Origin: Candidatus Saccharimonadota bacterium
Lineage (GTDB): Bacteria > Patescibacteriota > Saccharimonadia > Saccharimonadales > Saccharimonadaceae
Direction of reading: 5' to 3'
Length of the DNA: 64,000 nucleotides
NCBI GenBank assembly: GCA_017514765.1
Contig: JAFWIU010000012.1
Coordinates: forward strand, 313-64,312
Shown here: one piece after another, positions 35,758 through 44,704 of the stretch
How positions within the stretch are numbered: position 1 is the stretch's first letter
Layout of the letters: every line of letters starts with the position of its first letter
Position numbers and translations under genes: made by a program
Notes under the pieces: generated by a model
Seen by the model: the letters and a program-made list of their open reading frames with translations, nothing else
What the model was told of the DNA's origin: nothing
The model's database searches: none

Positions 35758-36228
35758 ATGAATATGGTTAAAAAACGAACTAGGTCGTCGTATGGGCGAA
35801 GGGTGGCAAGAAAGAAATATGATATCACGGTGGTTAGACGAGTGGTTTTGTGGGTGATTGGTCTTACAATTGCGACGGTGGTAGTCGGTGTGGTGGTGTG
35901 TTTAGTGTGGAGTAATGAGCGAGTGACGAAAGCAAAACTAGATGCAATGGCAAAGGATTACTATGAGGGATATATTTATGAGAACTTGATTAGTGGTGCG
36001 ATGTCGCAAGATGAAATAAATAAAACTATGGAGCGATATGAGGGGTGGGGGTTTGCACCGGTGAACTTGCGACAATTATTGTCGTATGATGAACAAAAGA
36101 ATGGTAAAGGGGCGGAATTTGTAAAGAACTATTGTGATGAGAATGATACATCGGTTAAATATTATCCAGAAGTGCCATATGATAAGAAATCTTACCGGCT
36201 TGAATATAAATATGTGTGTGAGTGGTAG
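35758..36228 (+). CDS. Hypothetical single-pass membrane protein
   Basis: Basic N-terminus, one TM, soluble C-terminal domain with two Cys. Confidence 0.65.
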   Translation: MNMVKKRTRSSYGRRVARKKYDITVVRRVVLWVIGLTIATVVVGVVVCLVWSNERVTKAKLDAMAKDYYEGYIYENLISGAMSQDEINKTMERYEGWGFAPVNLRQLLSYDEQKNGKGAEFVKNYCDENDTSVKYYPEVPYDKKSYRLEYKYVCEW

Positions 36229-36239
36229 AATAATATTGT

Positions 36240-37111
36240 ATGAAAAACAATCGAGAAAAAACAGTAGTTAAACTAGTATTATAAGTATCTTAGCGAATCT
36301 TGTTCTTGTAGGGTTCAAAGCGGCAGTGGGTTTATTGTCGAACTCTATCGCTATCATTTCGGATGCTGTCAATAACTTTAGTGATGCGCTTTCTAGCATT
36401 ATTACGATTATTGGTACGAAGCTAGTCGGCAAGGCGTCGGACAAGAAACATCCATATGGTTATGGGCGCATCGAATAGATTACTTCGCTTATCGTTTCTG
36501 CAATCGTACTTTACGCTGGTATTACGGCACTTATTGAATCCGTGAAGAAGATTATTGTACCAGAAGAAGTAGATTATAATGTTACGACATTAGTTATCTT
36601 AGTTGCTGGTATTATTGTTAAATTTGTACTTGGTACGCGTATAGAAGGTAGTCTGACTAAATCGATTAAGAAAGATATTTTGAAGGAAAAAGACGTCAAA
36701 GGGGTATTTGATTTGGTGTTAAATGATTATGGTCCGGATAAGTATTTGGGTTCAGTTCATATTGAAGTCAATGATACGCTAACTGTGGCGCACATTGATA
36801 AGATTTCTCGTCGCATCACGAAGCAAGTAGCGGAAAAATATGGAGTAATTCTTCATACAATTGGTGTTTATTCTATTAATACAAAAGACATGGATATTAT
36901 TGAAGCCAAGAAAAAGGTTGAGAAGATTGTTTTCTCGCATAAAGAAATCTTACAAATGCACGGGTTCTATTTAGATGTTAAGGATGATATTATTATTGAT
37001 TTTGAGGCTCGGGATCGTGAAAAGACTTACCGGGATATTTATGATGCAGTCCAAAAGGAATTTAAGGACTATATAATTGCAATTACGCTAGATGTTGATG
37101 CGAGTGATTAG
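36240..37111 (+). pseudogene. Cation diffusion facilitator (FieF-like) pseudogene
   Basis: Manual translation from ATG 36240 gives SIAIISDAVNNFSD and HPYGYGRIE, with a 1-nt frameshift near codon 11, an in-frame TAG after GRIE and a deletion of the second TM half after KFVLG. Confidence 0.85.
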
Positions 37112-37160
37112 GGGGTATTGATAAAAAGTCATAATAGAAGTCTTAAAGGGTTTTTGATTT

Positions 37161-37304
37161 TGGTGATGTTGGCGGGAGTAAGGATTTACTTCGCAAATCC
37201 TTTTCGTAGGGCGTTGCTTCGAAGAATCCAGAATGAATTCTGGATTCTTGCTCAGCTCCTGCTACGAGCGAACCCTGCGGGTTCATCTCCCTGCTGAAGC
37301 CATT
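37161..37304. repeat. Structured palindromic element derived from a tRNA-Glu 3' end
   Basis: Begins TGGTGATGTTGGCGGGAGT (tRNA: TGGTGATCTCGGCGGGAGT) and resumes CGAACCC after an insert; three internal hairpins; outer stem. Confidence 0.65.
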
Positions 37305-37347
37305 AAGAAATAAAAATAAGACCCTTTGGGTCTATTTTTTATTTCTT
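37305..37347. terminator. Long hairpin terminator downstream of tRNA-Glu
   Basis: AAGAAATAAAAATAAGACCC-TTT-GGGTCTATTTTTTATTTCTT. Confidence 0.7.
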
Positions 37348-37421
37348 GGTGATCTCGGCGGGAGTCGAACCCGCATTGTCGGGATGAAAACCCGATGTAC
37401 TAACCGCTATACTACGAGACC
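37347..37421 (-). tRNA. tRNA-Glu(UUC)
   Basis: GGTCTCG/CGAGATC, TCGGG-TTTTCAT-CCCGA, GTTCGACTC, CCA. Confidence 0.95.
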
Positions 37422-37485
37422 AATTTGTAAAGGTACTGTGATTATACCAAATTTTGGTGAAAAAAGCAACGTGTGATAAAATGGG

Positions 37486-39444
37486 GTGAGTAAGGAGATA
37501 AGAGTGGTAGAGAAAATGTCAAACAAAATGTCAAACAAGACTAAAGGGCGACCTAATAATCAGAATAATGTTTCTAATGCGATGAGGAGTATTGTTTTTA
37601 CGATTATACTGGTATGCTTGGCGGCGTTCTTGATAAGTAATATGAATTATGGTACGGCGCAGAAGACCGAAGTGCCAATATCGGAGGTGATTCAGCGGGC
37701 TAATAATCCAGACGGTGATATTGCGAAAATTACAGTGATGGGGGATAGTTTGGATATTACGTTGAAGGGTAAGGATCAGCCGACGGAGACTTCGCGGAAA
37801 GATGGTTCGGGGACTCTGTATGATCAGGGTTTGGTGAATTATTGTGAAGATTTGGCAAATGATGAATTAGTAGCTTGCCAGAAGCAATATCCGATTATCG
37901 AGTATAAGGAAGATATCGATGTACTTGGGATAGTATTAAATGTGGCGTTGACGATTTTGCCAGTGATTGCAATCGTGATATTCTTCTCATGGATGATGAG
38001 GCAGGCGAATGCCGCAAATGCGAACTCACTCTCATTCGGGAAGTCGAAGGCGAAGCTATACGGTCCAGACAAGAAGAAGGTGACATTTAAGGATGTGGCC
38101 GGTAATGAATCGGCGAAGCAGGATTTGACAGAGATTGTGGATTTCCTAAAGAGCCCAAAGAAATATGAGAAACTGGGCGCGAAGATTCCGCGCGGGGTGC
38201 TGCTGGCTGGTGATCCAGGTACTGGCAAAACTTTGATGGCGCGAGCAGTGGCAGGCGAGGCTAATGTACCATTTTTCTCGATTTCAGGTTCGGAATTCGC
38301 GGAGATGTTTGTGGGCGTGGGTGCTTCGAGGGTACGTGATTTGTTTTCGCGAGCGAAGAAGAATGCGCCGTCGATTATCTTCATAGATGAAATTGATGCG
38401 GTAGCACACAAACGTGATGCACGAGGTGGTGCAGGACGTGAGGATGAACAGACTTTGAACCAGATTTTGGTGGAGATGGATGGATTTGATAATGATTCGG
38501 GCGTGATTGTAATGGCAGCAACGAACCGAGTGGATATGTTGGATAAGGCATTATTGCGACCTGGACGGTTTGACCGGCATGTAAATGTGGCGTTGCCAGA
38601 AAGAAAAGACCGGTTAGAGATTTTGAAGGTGCATTTCAAGGGCAAGCCAGTGGAAGCAGATGTGGATCTCGAGTCGCTCGCGAAGAAGACGGCGGGTTCG
38701 TCGGGTGCGGACCTCGCGAATATTGCGAATGAGGCAGCAATTACGGCAGCGCGGGAAGGACATAAGGCGATTGCGAATAAGGACGTGGTGGAGGCATTTG
38801 AGCGGGTAGCGATTGGGCCGGAGCGAAAGTCGAAGGTAATGAATGATAAGGAACGTAAGATTACAGCTTATCATGAAGCGGGCCACGCGATAGTGGGACA
38901 CGTGTTGCCGGATTCTGATCCGGTACATAAAGTGACGATTATTCCGCGTGGAAGTACGGGTGGAGTGACGTGGTTCTTGCCACCAGAGGATAGGAGTTAT
39001 AAGAGTATTTATGAGTTAAAAGATATTCTAGCGCGAGCGATGGGCGGACGCGTGGCAGAGAAAATAGTGTTTGGCACGGATGCGGTGACAACTGGAGCCT
39101 CATCGGATTTGAAAAATGTGGCTTCGCTTGCGAAATCGATGATTGTGGAAGAAGGAATGGGGGATAATTTAAGGAATTTGGTATTTCCGGAAGGGGATAT
39201 GGGTTATTATACGATTACGACTGGGAAACCATATTCAGAAAAGACTGCAGAATTAATTGATGCAGAAATTAAGAAATTATCAGATGAAGCGGCTAAACGA
39301 GCCGAGGAAGTGTTGAAAGCGAATAAAGATGTGCTGGATAAGCTGGCTGAGGAATTGTTGGCTCACGAGACCTTAGAAGAGACTGAACTCGAGCCGCTGC
39401 TGAAGCCCGCGAAGTTACCGGATTCTGTAAAACTATATAAGTAA
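37486..39444 (+). CDS. ftsH: ATP-dependent zinc metalloprotease FtsH
   Basis: Two TMs, GDPGTGKT, FIDEID, ATNRVDMLD, RPGRFDR, HEAGH; alternative start ATG 37516. Confidence 0.96.
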   Translation: MSKEIRVVEKMSNKMSNKTKGRPNNQNNVSNAMRSIVFTIILVCLAAFLISNMNYGTAQKTEVPISEVIQRANNPDGDIAKITVMGDSLDITLKGKDQPTETSRKDGSGTLYDQGLVNYCEDLANDELVACQKQYPIIEYKEDIDVLGIVLNVALTILPVIAIVIFFSWMMRQANAANANSLSFGKSKAKLYGPDKKKVTFKDVAGNESAKQDLTEIVDFLKSPKKYEKLGAKIPRGVLLAGDPGTGKTLMARAVAGEANVPFFSISGSEFAEMFVGVGASRVRDLFSRAKKNAPSIIFIDEIDAVAHKRDARGGAGREDEQTLNQILVEMDGFDNDSGVIVMAATNRVDMLDKALLRPGRFDRHVNVALPERKDRLEILKVHFKGKPVEADVDLESLAKKTAGSSGADLANIANEAAITAAREGHKAIANKDVVEAFERVAIGPERKSKVMNDKERKITAYHEAGHAIVGHVLPDSDPVHKVTIIPRGSTGGVTWFLPPEDRSYKSIYELKDILARAMGGRVAEKIVFGTDAVTTGASSDLKNVASLAKSMIVEEGMGDNLRNLVFPEGDMGYYTITTGKPYSEKTAELIDAEIKKLSDEAAKRAEEVLKANKDVLDKLAEELLAHETLEETELEPLLKPAKLPDSVKLYK

Positions 39445-39463
39445 TTTAATAAAAGGAGGTGTT

Positions 39464-41872
39464 GTGGAGAGATTACTGGAATATTTTGTTCCGGGCATTT
39501 ATGTTTTGGATTTAAAGATCGATAAGTTTAAGAAAACGATTGGTGGTCGTGTAAGCGTGTACGGCAAAGCTTTGTCAAAAACTATTAAATTTCATGCTGT
39601 AAATCTAGAAGTTTCAAGTGTTTTGATTCGTGGTAAGACTCCGATTTTTACTATAAAAAATGATGTTCTAGAAATTACTCTAGACGATTCATTGGTGGGA
39701 TGTGATTTTACTTTACATATTTATTATAGCGGTAAGTTAAATGATAATATGGAAGGTGCATATCTTTCGACCTATGAGTTTGAAGGCAAGAAAGAGACTA
39801 TTGTTGCGACGCAATTTGAATCGCACTATGCGCGTGAAGCTTTTCCGTGTATCGATGAACCTGCTGCAAAAGCTGAATTTAAACTAAATATTACTATCCC
39901 TAAGGTTGACGATGAAATCGTAATCTCAAACACTGTGGCAACTCAAATTGTAGAAAAAAATAATGAAATAAAATATCATTTCGCTGATATGCCACGAATG
40001 AGCACATATTTGCTAGCGTGGGTGATTGGTAAGTTCCACGGGAAGACGGTGAAGAATAAGCATGGGGTGGAGATTACGACATATTGTCCTCTGAATCAGG
40101 ATGTTGATTCGGTGGATTTTGCAAATGAGATTGCGGCGCGATCACTCGAGTTTTATGATGATAATTTCGCAGAACCATATCCGTTGAAGCAGTGTTTACA
40201 GGTGGCGTTGCCGGATTTTGAGGCGGGAGCGATGGAAAACTGGGGGTTGGTGACGTACCGCGAATCGATGCTACTGGCTGGTAAAAATGCGACGCTGGGC
40301 ACGAAAAAATCGGTGGCTCTTACTGTGGCGCATGAGTTGTCACATCAGTGGTTCGGTGATCTTGTGACGATGAAGTGGTGGGATGATTTGTGGCTAAATG
40401 AATCATTTGCTTCGGTGATGGAATATTATGCGGTGGACACAATTCATCCGGAATATAAGATTTTTGAAGGTTTCTTTACGGGCGATGCGTATTTAGCGTT
40501 GATGCGGGATGCCTATAAAGATGTGCAGTCGGTACATCAAGAGGTGCATAATCCGGAGGAGATTGCGACGTTGTTTGACGCGGCGATTGTGTATTCGAAG
40601 GGTGCACGGTTGATGTTAATGTTGATTCGTTTGATGGGGTGGGAGGCGTTTTGTAAGGGGGTGGCGGATTATTTCAACAAGTATAAATATCAGAATACGG
40701 TGGGGGATGATTTGTGGGCTAGTCTAAAGCCTTATGCGGATTTTGACCCCAAGGAGTTGATGCACGCGTTTATCGATCAGCCTGGATATCCGGTGATTAC
40801 GGGTGAGGATGGATTCCGCAAATATACGCAGAAGAGATTTTTGCTTGACGACATAATGGTGAAATCAGATTGGCCGTTACCTGAGATAACTGAAGATATG
40901 AGTGGACATTATATATTAAATTTGTCGGATGCGCAGTTTGCAGAGAGATTGCGGGATTTTGATAAATTAGGTTTGGAGGAAAAGCTACGATTATTGATTG
41001 ACAGGAATTTGGCGGCGAAGACAGATTTGGTGTCTTCGGGGTCATTGGTGCCGCTAGTGAAGAAGTTCCAGCAGGAAGATTCAGCGGCAGTGTGGGGAGT
41101 GGTGCTGACTATTGTGTCGGGGTTAAAGATATTTTTCGAGCCGGATTCGGAGGAAGAAAATGAGTATAAGCGATTTGTGGGGGAGTTAGTGAAGCCGAAG
41201 CTGACAGAAATTGGTCTCACTACGCGAAAAGGCGATGATGAAAACACGATTAGGCTCAGGGCGATATTATTAGGGTTAGATTATTATGCGGAGAATCAGG
41301 AAAATATAGAGAAGTTGGCTAAGATGTATAAGGATGATTTGGGTTGTCTGGAGCCCGAAATACGGGAGGCGATACTGGATGCGAAACTGTATAGGGAGCC
41401 AGGAATGATAGAAAGGTATTTGGAAAAATATCAAGAGGAAGTTGACCCAGAGGTTAAATTTGAATTATTACTGGCGGGTACGATTTCGAAGGATGAAAAA
41501 GTGTTAGATAGGATGTTGCATTTGCTTGACCAACCGGAAGTGGTAAAACCTCAGGATCAGTTGTATTTATATGTGTATTTATATCGGAATTCGCGTTCGC
41601 GGGGTAAAGCGTTTGAGTGGTTGAAGGGTCATTGGGATTACGTGAGAGAGATGGCGGGGGATAAGACGTTAGAGGGATATCCGCGTTATATGGCTGGTGC
41701 AGCACGAACTGGGAAGGAGTTTGAGGATTGGAAGGAGTTTTTTGGACCGATGCGAGATGATTCGGCAGTATCACGAGCAGTTATGATTGGCGAGAAGGAA
41801 ATTGCGGCGAGATTGAAGTTGATTGAAAGCGATAGGTTGAATGTTGCACGAGCTGTAGAAGAGAATATATAA
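39464..41872 (+). CDS. pepN: M1 family aminopeptidase (PepN-like)
   Basis: GAMENWG, HELSHQWFG...E (HExxH-18x-E), YSKG; GTG start with AGGAGG SD. Confidence 0.93.
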   Translation: MERLLEYFVPGIYVLDLKIDKFKKTIGGRVSVYGKALSKTIKFHAVNLEVSSVLIRGKTPIFTIKNDVLEITLDDSLVGCDFTLHIYYSGKLNDNMEGAYLSTYEFEGKKETIVATQFESHYAREAFPCIDEPAAKAEFKLNITIPKVDDEIVISNTVATQIVEKNNEIKYHFADMPRMSTYLLAWVIGKFHGKTVKNKHGVEITTYCPLNQDVDSVDFANEIAARSLEFYDDNFAEPYPLKQCLQVALPDFEAGAMENWGLVTYRESMLLAGKNATLGTKKSVALTVAHELSHQWFGDLVTMKWWDDLWLNESFASVMEYYAVDTIHPEYKIFEGFFTGDAYLALMRDAYKDVQSVHQEVHNPEEIATLFDAAIVYSKGARLMLMLIRLMGWEAFCKGVADYFNKYKYQNTVGDDLWASLKPYADFDPKELMHAFIDQPGYPVITGEDGFRKYTQKRFLLDDIMVKSDWPLPEITEDMSGHYILNLSDAQFAERLRDFDKLGLEEKLRLLIDRNLAAKTDLVSSGSLVPLVKKFQQEDSAAVWGVVLTIVSGLKIFFEPDSEEENEYKRFVGELVKPKLTEIGLTTRKGDDENTIRLRAILLGLDYYAENQENIEKLAKMYKDDLGCLEPEIREAILDAKLYREPGMIERYLEKYQEEVDPEVKFELLLAGTISKDEKVLDRMLHLLDQPEVVKPQDQLYLYVYLYRNSRSRGKAFEWLKGHWDYVREMAGDKTLEGYPRYMAGAARTGKEFEDWKEFFGPMRDDSAVSRAVMIGEKEIAARLKLIESDRLNVARAVEENI

Positions 41873-41890
41873 CAGTTTAATAAGGTGAAA

Positions 41891-41915
41891 ATAAAAACCC
41901 CCGGCGAACCGGGGG
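41891..41915 (-). terminator. Intrinsic terminator (CCCCCGG-TTCG-CCGGGGG-TTTTT on minus strand)
   Basis: Perfect GC stem, UUCG loop, T-tract. Confidence 0.75.
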
Positions 41916-42002
41916 AACAAAGGAAGTTTACAGGGGGTTGGTTATGACTTGGGAGATTTGCGTTGTAGGGGGGTCTTCTTCCTTTGTTTTTCTTGGGGGT
42001 AT

Positions 42003-42287
42003 TTACAATTGTCTTCTTTCAATTGTAAATTTCGTTATGGGTGAGCTTGAGAGGATGTTTATAACCTCTTTGTTTAGCTCACGATTGGAGCTGGTAGCAT
42101 TGTATATGAGTTCATAGATGCTACCATCATCATCCGGCAGTAAAGGCATCTCCTGGATTGTTTCGATGCCATTGTTGGAACGTCGGAGGAGCTCGAAACC
42201 CTTCTTCTGAAGGATTTGACAAAGCTTTCTGTTTTTTGCGTCGACGTAAGCCGAGATAATGAATTTGTACTCTTTTTTCATACTCAT
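42003..42287 (-). CDS. Hypothetical 94-aa protein
   Basis: Strong SD GGGGAGGA upstream, own terminator; no family recognised. Confidence 0.6.
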   Translation of the reverse strand: MSMKKEYKFIISAYVDAKNRKLCQILQKKGFELLRRSNNGIETIQEMPLLPDDDGSIYELIYNATSSNRELNKEVINILSSSPITKFTIERRQL

Positions 42288-42431
42288 TTATCCTCCCCAG
42301 GAAAATAATGTGTCCATTCTGGACAAATTGATAAGGTACTTTTTATATTATAGCATACTTTGATGAAAAAAGCAAGAGTTTTATTTTATTTTAGGGATTG
42401 GTATAATGGGATAAAGATAGTTGGAGGTAAT

Positions 42432-43562
42432 ATGATAAAAGTTAATTTTGACCCGAAAGTGGATGTGGAGCGAGCGACGAAGATTTTGAAAGAGATTGCA
42501 AAAGATAAGATGGGTGGGTGGTTTAGCTTGCCGAAGAAGTACGATATGGGGGAATTAGTGCGGATTAAAGAGGCGGCAAAGAAGATTCAAGATGAATCAG
42601 AGATACTAGTATGTATTGGAATAGGGGGATCATATCTTGGGCATCGGGCGATTATTGAGGCTTTAAGACCGAAATCGAGTGTAAAGATTGTGTTTGCGGG
42701 GAATTCTCTGTCGCGACGGGAATTAGATCATGCTTTGAGGATGGTGGGGGATCATGATTTTTCGGTGAACGTGATATCGAAATCAGGGACGACGTTGGAG
42801 CCAGCGGTGGCATTTGGTGCATTTAAGAAAAAACTGATTGAAAAATACGGCGAAGAGGAAGCTTATCAACGGATTTATGCGACAACAGATAGGAAACAGG
42901 GGGCGTTGCATGATGAAGCGGTAGCGTGTGGTTATACGAGATTTGTGGTCCCAGATAATATTGGTGGAAGATATTCGGTATTGACAGCTGTAGGGATGTT
43001 GCCGCTTGCGGTGGCGAGAGTGGATATTGATAAATTGCTTGAAGGTGCAGCGGATGCGGCTTCGGAATCGGCTGAAACAGCGGTAAAGTACGGATTTATG
43101 CGACACGAGTTGGGGAGTAAAGGCTATGATACAGAGGTGTTTGCGAGTTTTGAGCCGTCTACTATGTACTTTAATGAATGGTTGAAACAGTTGTTCGGGG
43201 AGTCAGAAGGTAAAGATAAACAGGGTGTGTGGCCGGCTGCGGTGGTCTATTCGACGGATTTGCACTCGCTTGGGCAATTTATGCAAGATGGACGCAGGGA
43301 TCTGTGGGAGACGATTATCGATTATCCGACGGATGAGATGAATGCGAAAGTAGTGCAGGCGGTGAAAATTGCACATCTTCAAGGGGGGATTCCGGTTTTG
43401 ACTATTACGCCTTCATCGTTTGACGAGAGAGGTTTTGGCGAATTGATTTATTTCTTTGAATTGGCATGCGCGGTTTCGGCGAAGCTGTTCGGTGTGAATC
43501 CGTTTGACCAACCTGGGGTGGAAGCATATAAAAATGAGCTTAATAAGCTCATTAATGTGTAG
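42432..43562 (+). CDS. pgi: Glucose-6-phosphate isomerase (short form)
   Basis: GIGGSYLG, ISKSGTTLEP, IGGRYSVLT, QLFGESEGK, DLHSLGQ, NPFDQPGVEAYK; start reassigned to ATG 42432 after GGAGG. Confidence 0.95.
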   Translation: MIKVNFDPKVDVERATKILKEIAKDKMGGWFSLPKKYDMGELVRIKEAAKKIQDESEILVCIGIGGSYLGHRAIIEALRPKSSVKIVFAGNSLSRRELDHALRMVGDHDFSVNVISKSGTTLEPAVAFGAFKKKLIEKYGEEEAYQRIYATTDRKQGALHDEAVACGYTRFVVPDNIGGRYSVLTAVGMLPLAVARVDIDKLLEGAADAASESAETAVKYGFMRHELGSKGYDTEVFASFEPSTMYFNEWLKQLFGESEGKDKQGVWPAAVVYSTDLHSLGQFMQDGRRDLWETIIDYPTDEMNAKVVQAVKIAHLQGGIPVLTITPSSFDERGFGELIYFFELACAVSAKLFGVNPFDQPGVEAYKNELNKLINV

Positions 43563-43610
43563 AAAACGGGGTTTGGTATTAGAGATAATCTATTGATTGC
43601 CTCTGTTTTT

Positions 43611-43697
43611 TGGTGCCCGAGACAGGGGTTGAACCTGCACGATATTGCTATCACTAGCACCTGAAGCTAGCGCGTCTGCCAATTCCGCCACTCGGGC
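43611..43697 (-). tRNA. tRNA-Leu(CAG)
   Basis: GCCCGAG/CTCGGGC, CTAGC-TTCAGGT-GCTAG, long variable arm, CCA. Confidence 0.95.
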
Positions 43698-43718
43698 ATG
43701 GCGTAATTATAACATATT

Positions 43719-44660
43719 TTACTTCGTAATGATAGTGCCGGCTTTGCCGGAGAGGGCTGCGGCGAGGTGGTCGATATCTGTAATGATGCCGATACGGTTG
43801 GGTTTTTTGGCAAATTCGGTAGTAGCTTCGATTTTGGGAAGCATGGAGCCGGCTTTGAAATAGCCTTCCTTGATGTATTTGGCGAGTTCTTTGGTGGTAA
43901 TCTTGTGGATGGGTTGGGCGTCTGGTTGTCCGAAGTTAATATAGGCATTGGGTACCGCAGTGACGGAGACGAAAACGTCGGCGTTGACTTCTTCGGCGAG
44001 GCGTTCGGCGGCGAAATCTTTGTCAATGACGGCATCGATGCCTTTGAGGCGTTTTAGAACTTTGGTGCGATAGACGGGAATACCACCACCGCCGGCGGCG
44101 ATAACAATGACACCATCTTTAATTAATTCACGGATAGTACGTTTTTCGACAATGTCGATGGGCTTGGGTGAGGCGACGACGCGGCGCCAACCACGTCCAG
44201 CGTCTTCCTTGACGACCCAATGATTGACTTTGGCGAGAGCTTTGGCTTGTTTTTCGTTATAGAATTGGCCGATGGGTTTGGTGGGGTTACGAAAAGCGGG
44301 ATCGTTTACGTCGACAACAACTTGCGAAATAATGGTGGCGACTTTACGGTGTTGGTTTTTCTGAGCGAAGGCGTTATGGATGGCTTGAGTGAGCCAATAG
44401 CCGATTTGTCCTTGACTCATTGCGACGGCAGTTTCGAGCGGCATAGCGGGGGCTTTGTCGGTAGAGGCTTGTTCTTCGTGAATGAGGATGTTACCGACTT
44501 GAGGGCCATTACCGTGAGCGATGACAATTTCGTATTTGTGAGCTAATGCAGCAACAACGGTGCCAACAATGTTAGCAACCTTCTTCTGAGCTTCAGCGGT
44601 GACTTCGCCGTTTTTCTGTAGGGCGTTACCACCAAGTGCTAAGACGATACGTTTTTTCAT
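43719..44660 (-). CDS. arcC: Carbamate kinase
   Basis: VLALGGNAL, HGNGPQVG, SQGQIGY, GWRRVVASP, GGGGIPV, VIDKD, GSMLPKI. Confidence 0.96.
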   Translation of the reverse strand: MKKRIVLALGGNALQKNGEVTAEAQKKVANIVGTVVAALAHKYEIVIAHGNGPQVGNILIHEEQASTDKAPAMPLETAVAMSQGQIGYWLTQAIHNAFAQKNQHRKVATIISQVVVDVNDPAFRNPTKPIGQFYNEKQAKALAKVNHWVVKEDAGRGWRRVVASPKPIDIVEKRTIRELIKDGVIVIAAGGGGIPVYRTKVLKRLKGIDAVIDKDFAAERLAEEVNADVFVSVTAVPNAYINFGQPDAQPIHKITTKELAKYIKEGYFKAGSMLPKIEATTEFAKKPNRIGIITDIDHLAAALSGKAGTIITK

Positions 44661-44704
44661 AATAAATTTATTATATCATAAAAGCTTATGTTATAATGTA
44701 ATAT

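Noticed and set aside
36476-36478. Pyrrolysine or readthrough at the in-frame TAG in the CDF gene
   Set aside because: The gene also carries a frameshift and deletions, so decay explains it; no pyl genes seen.
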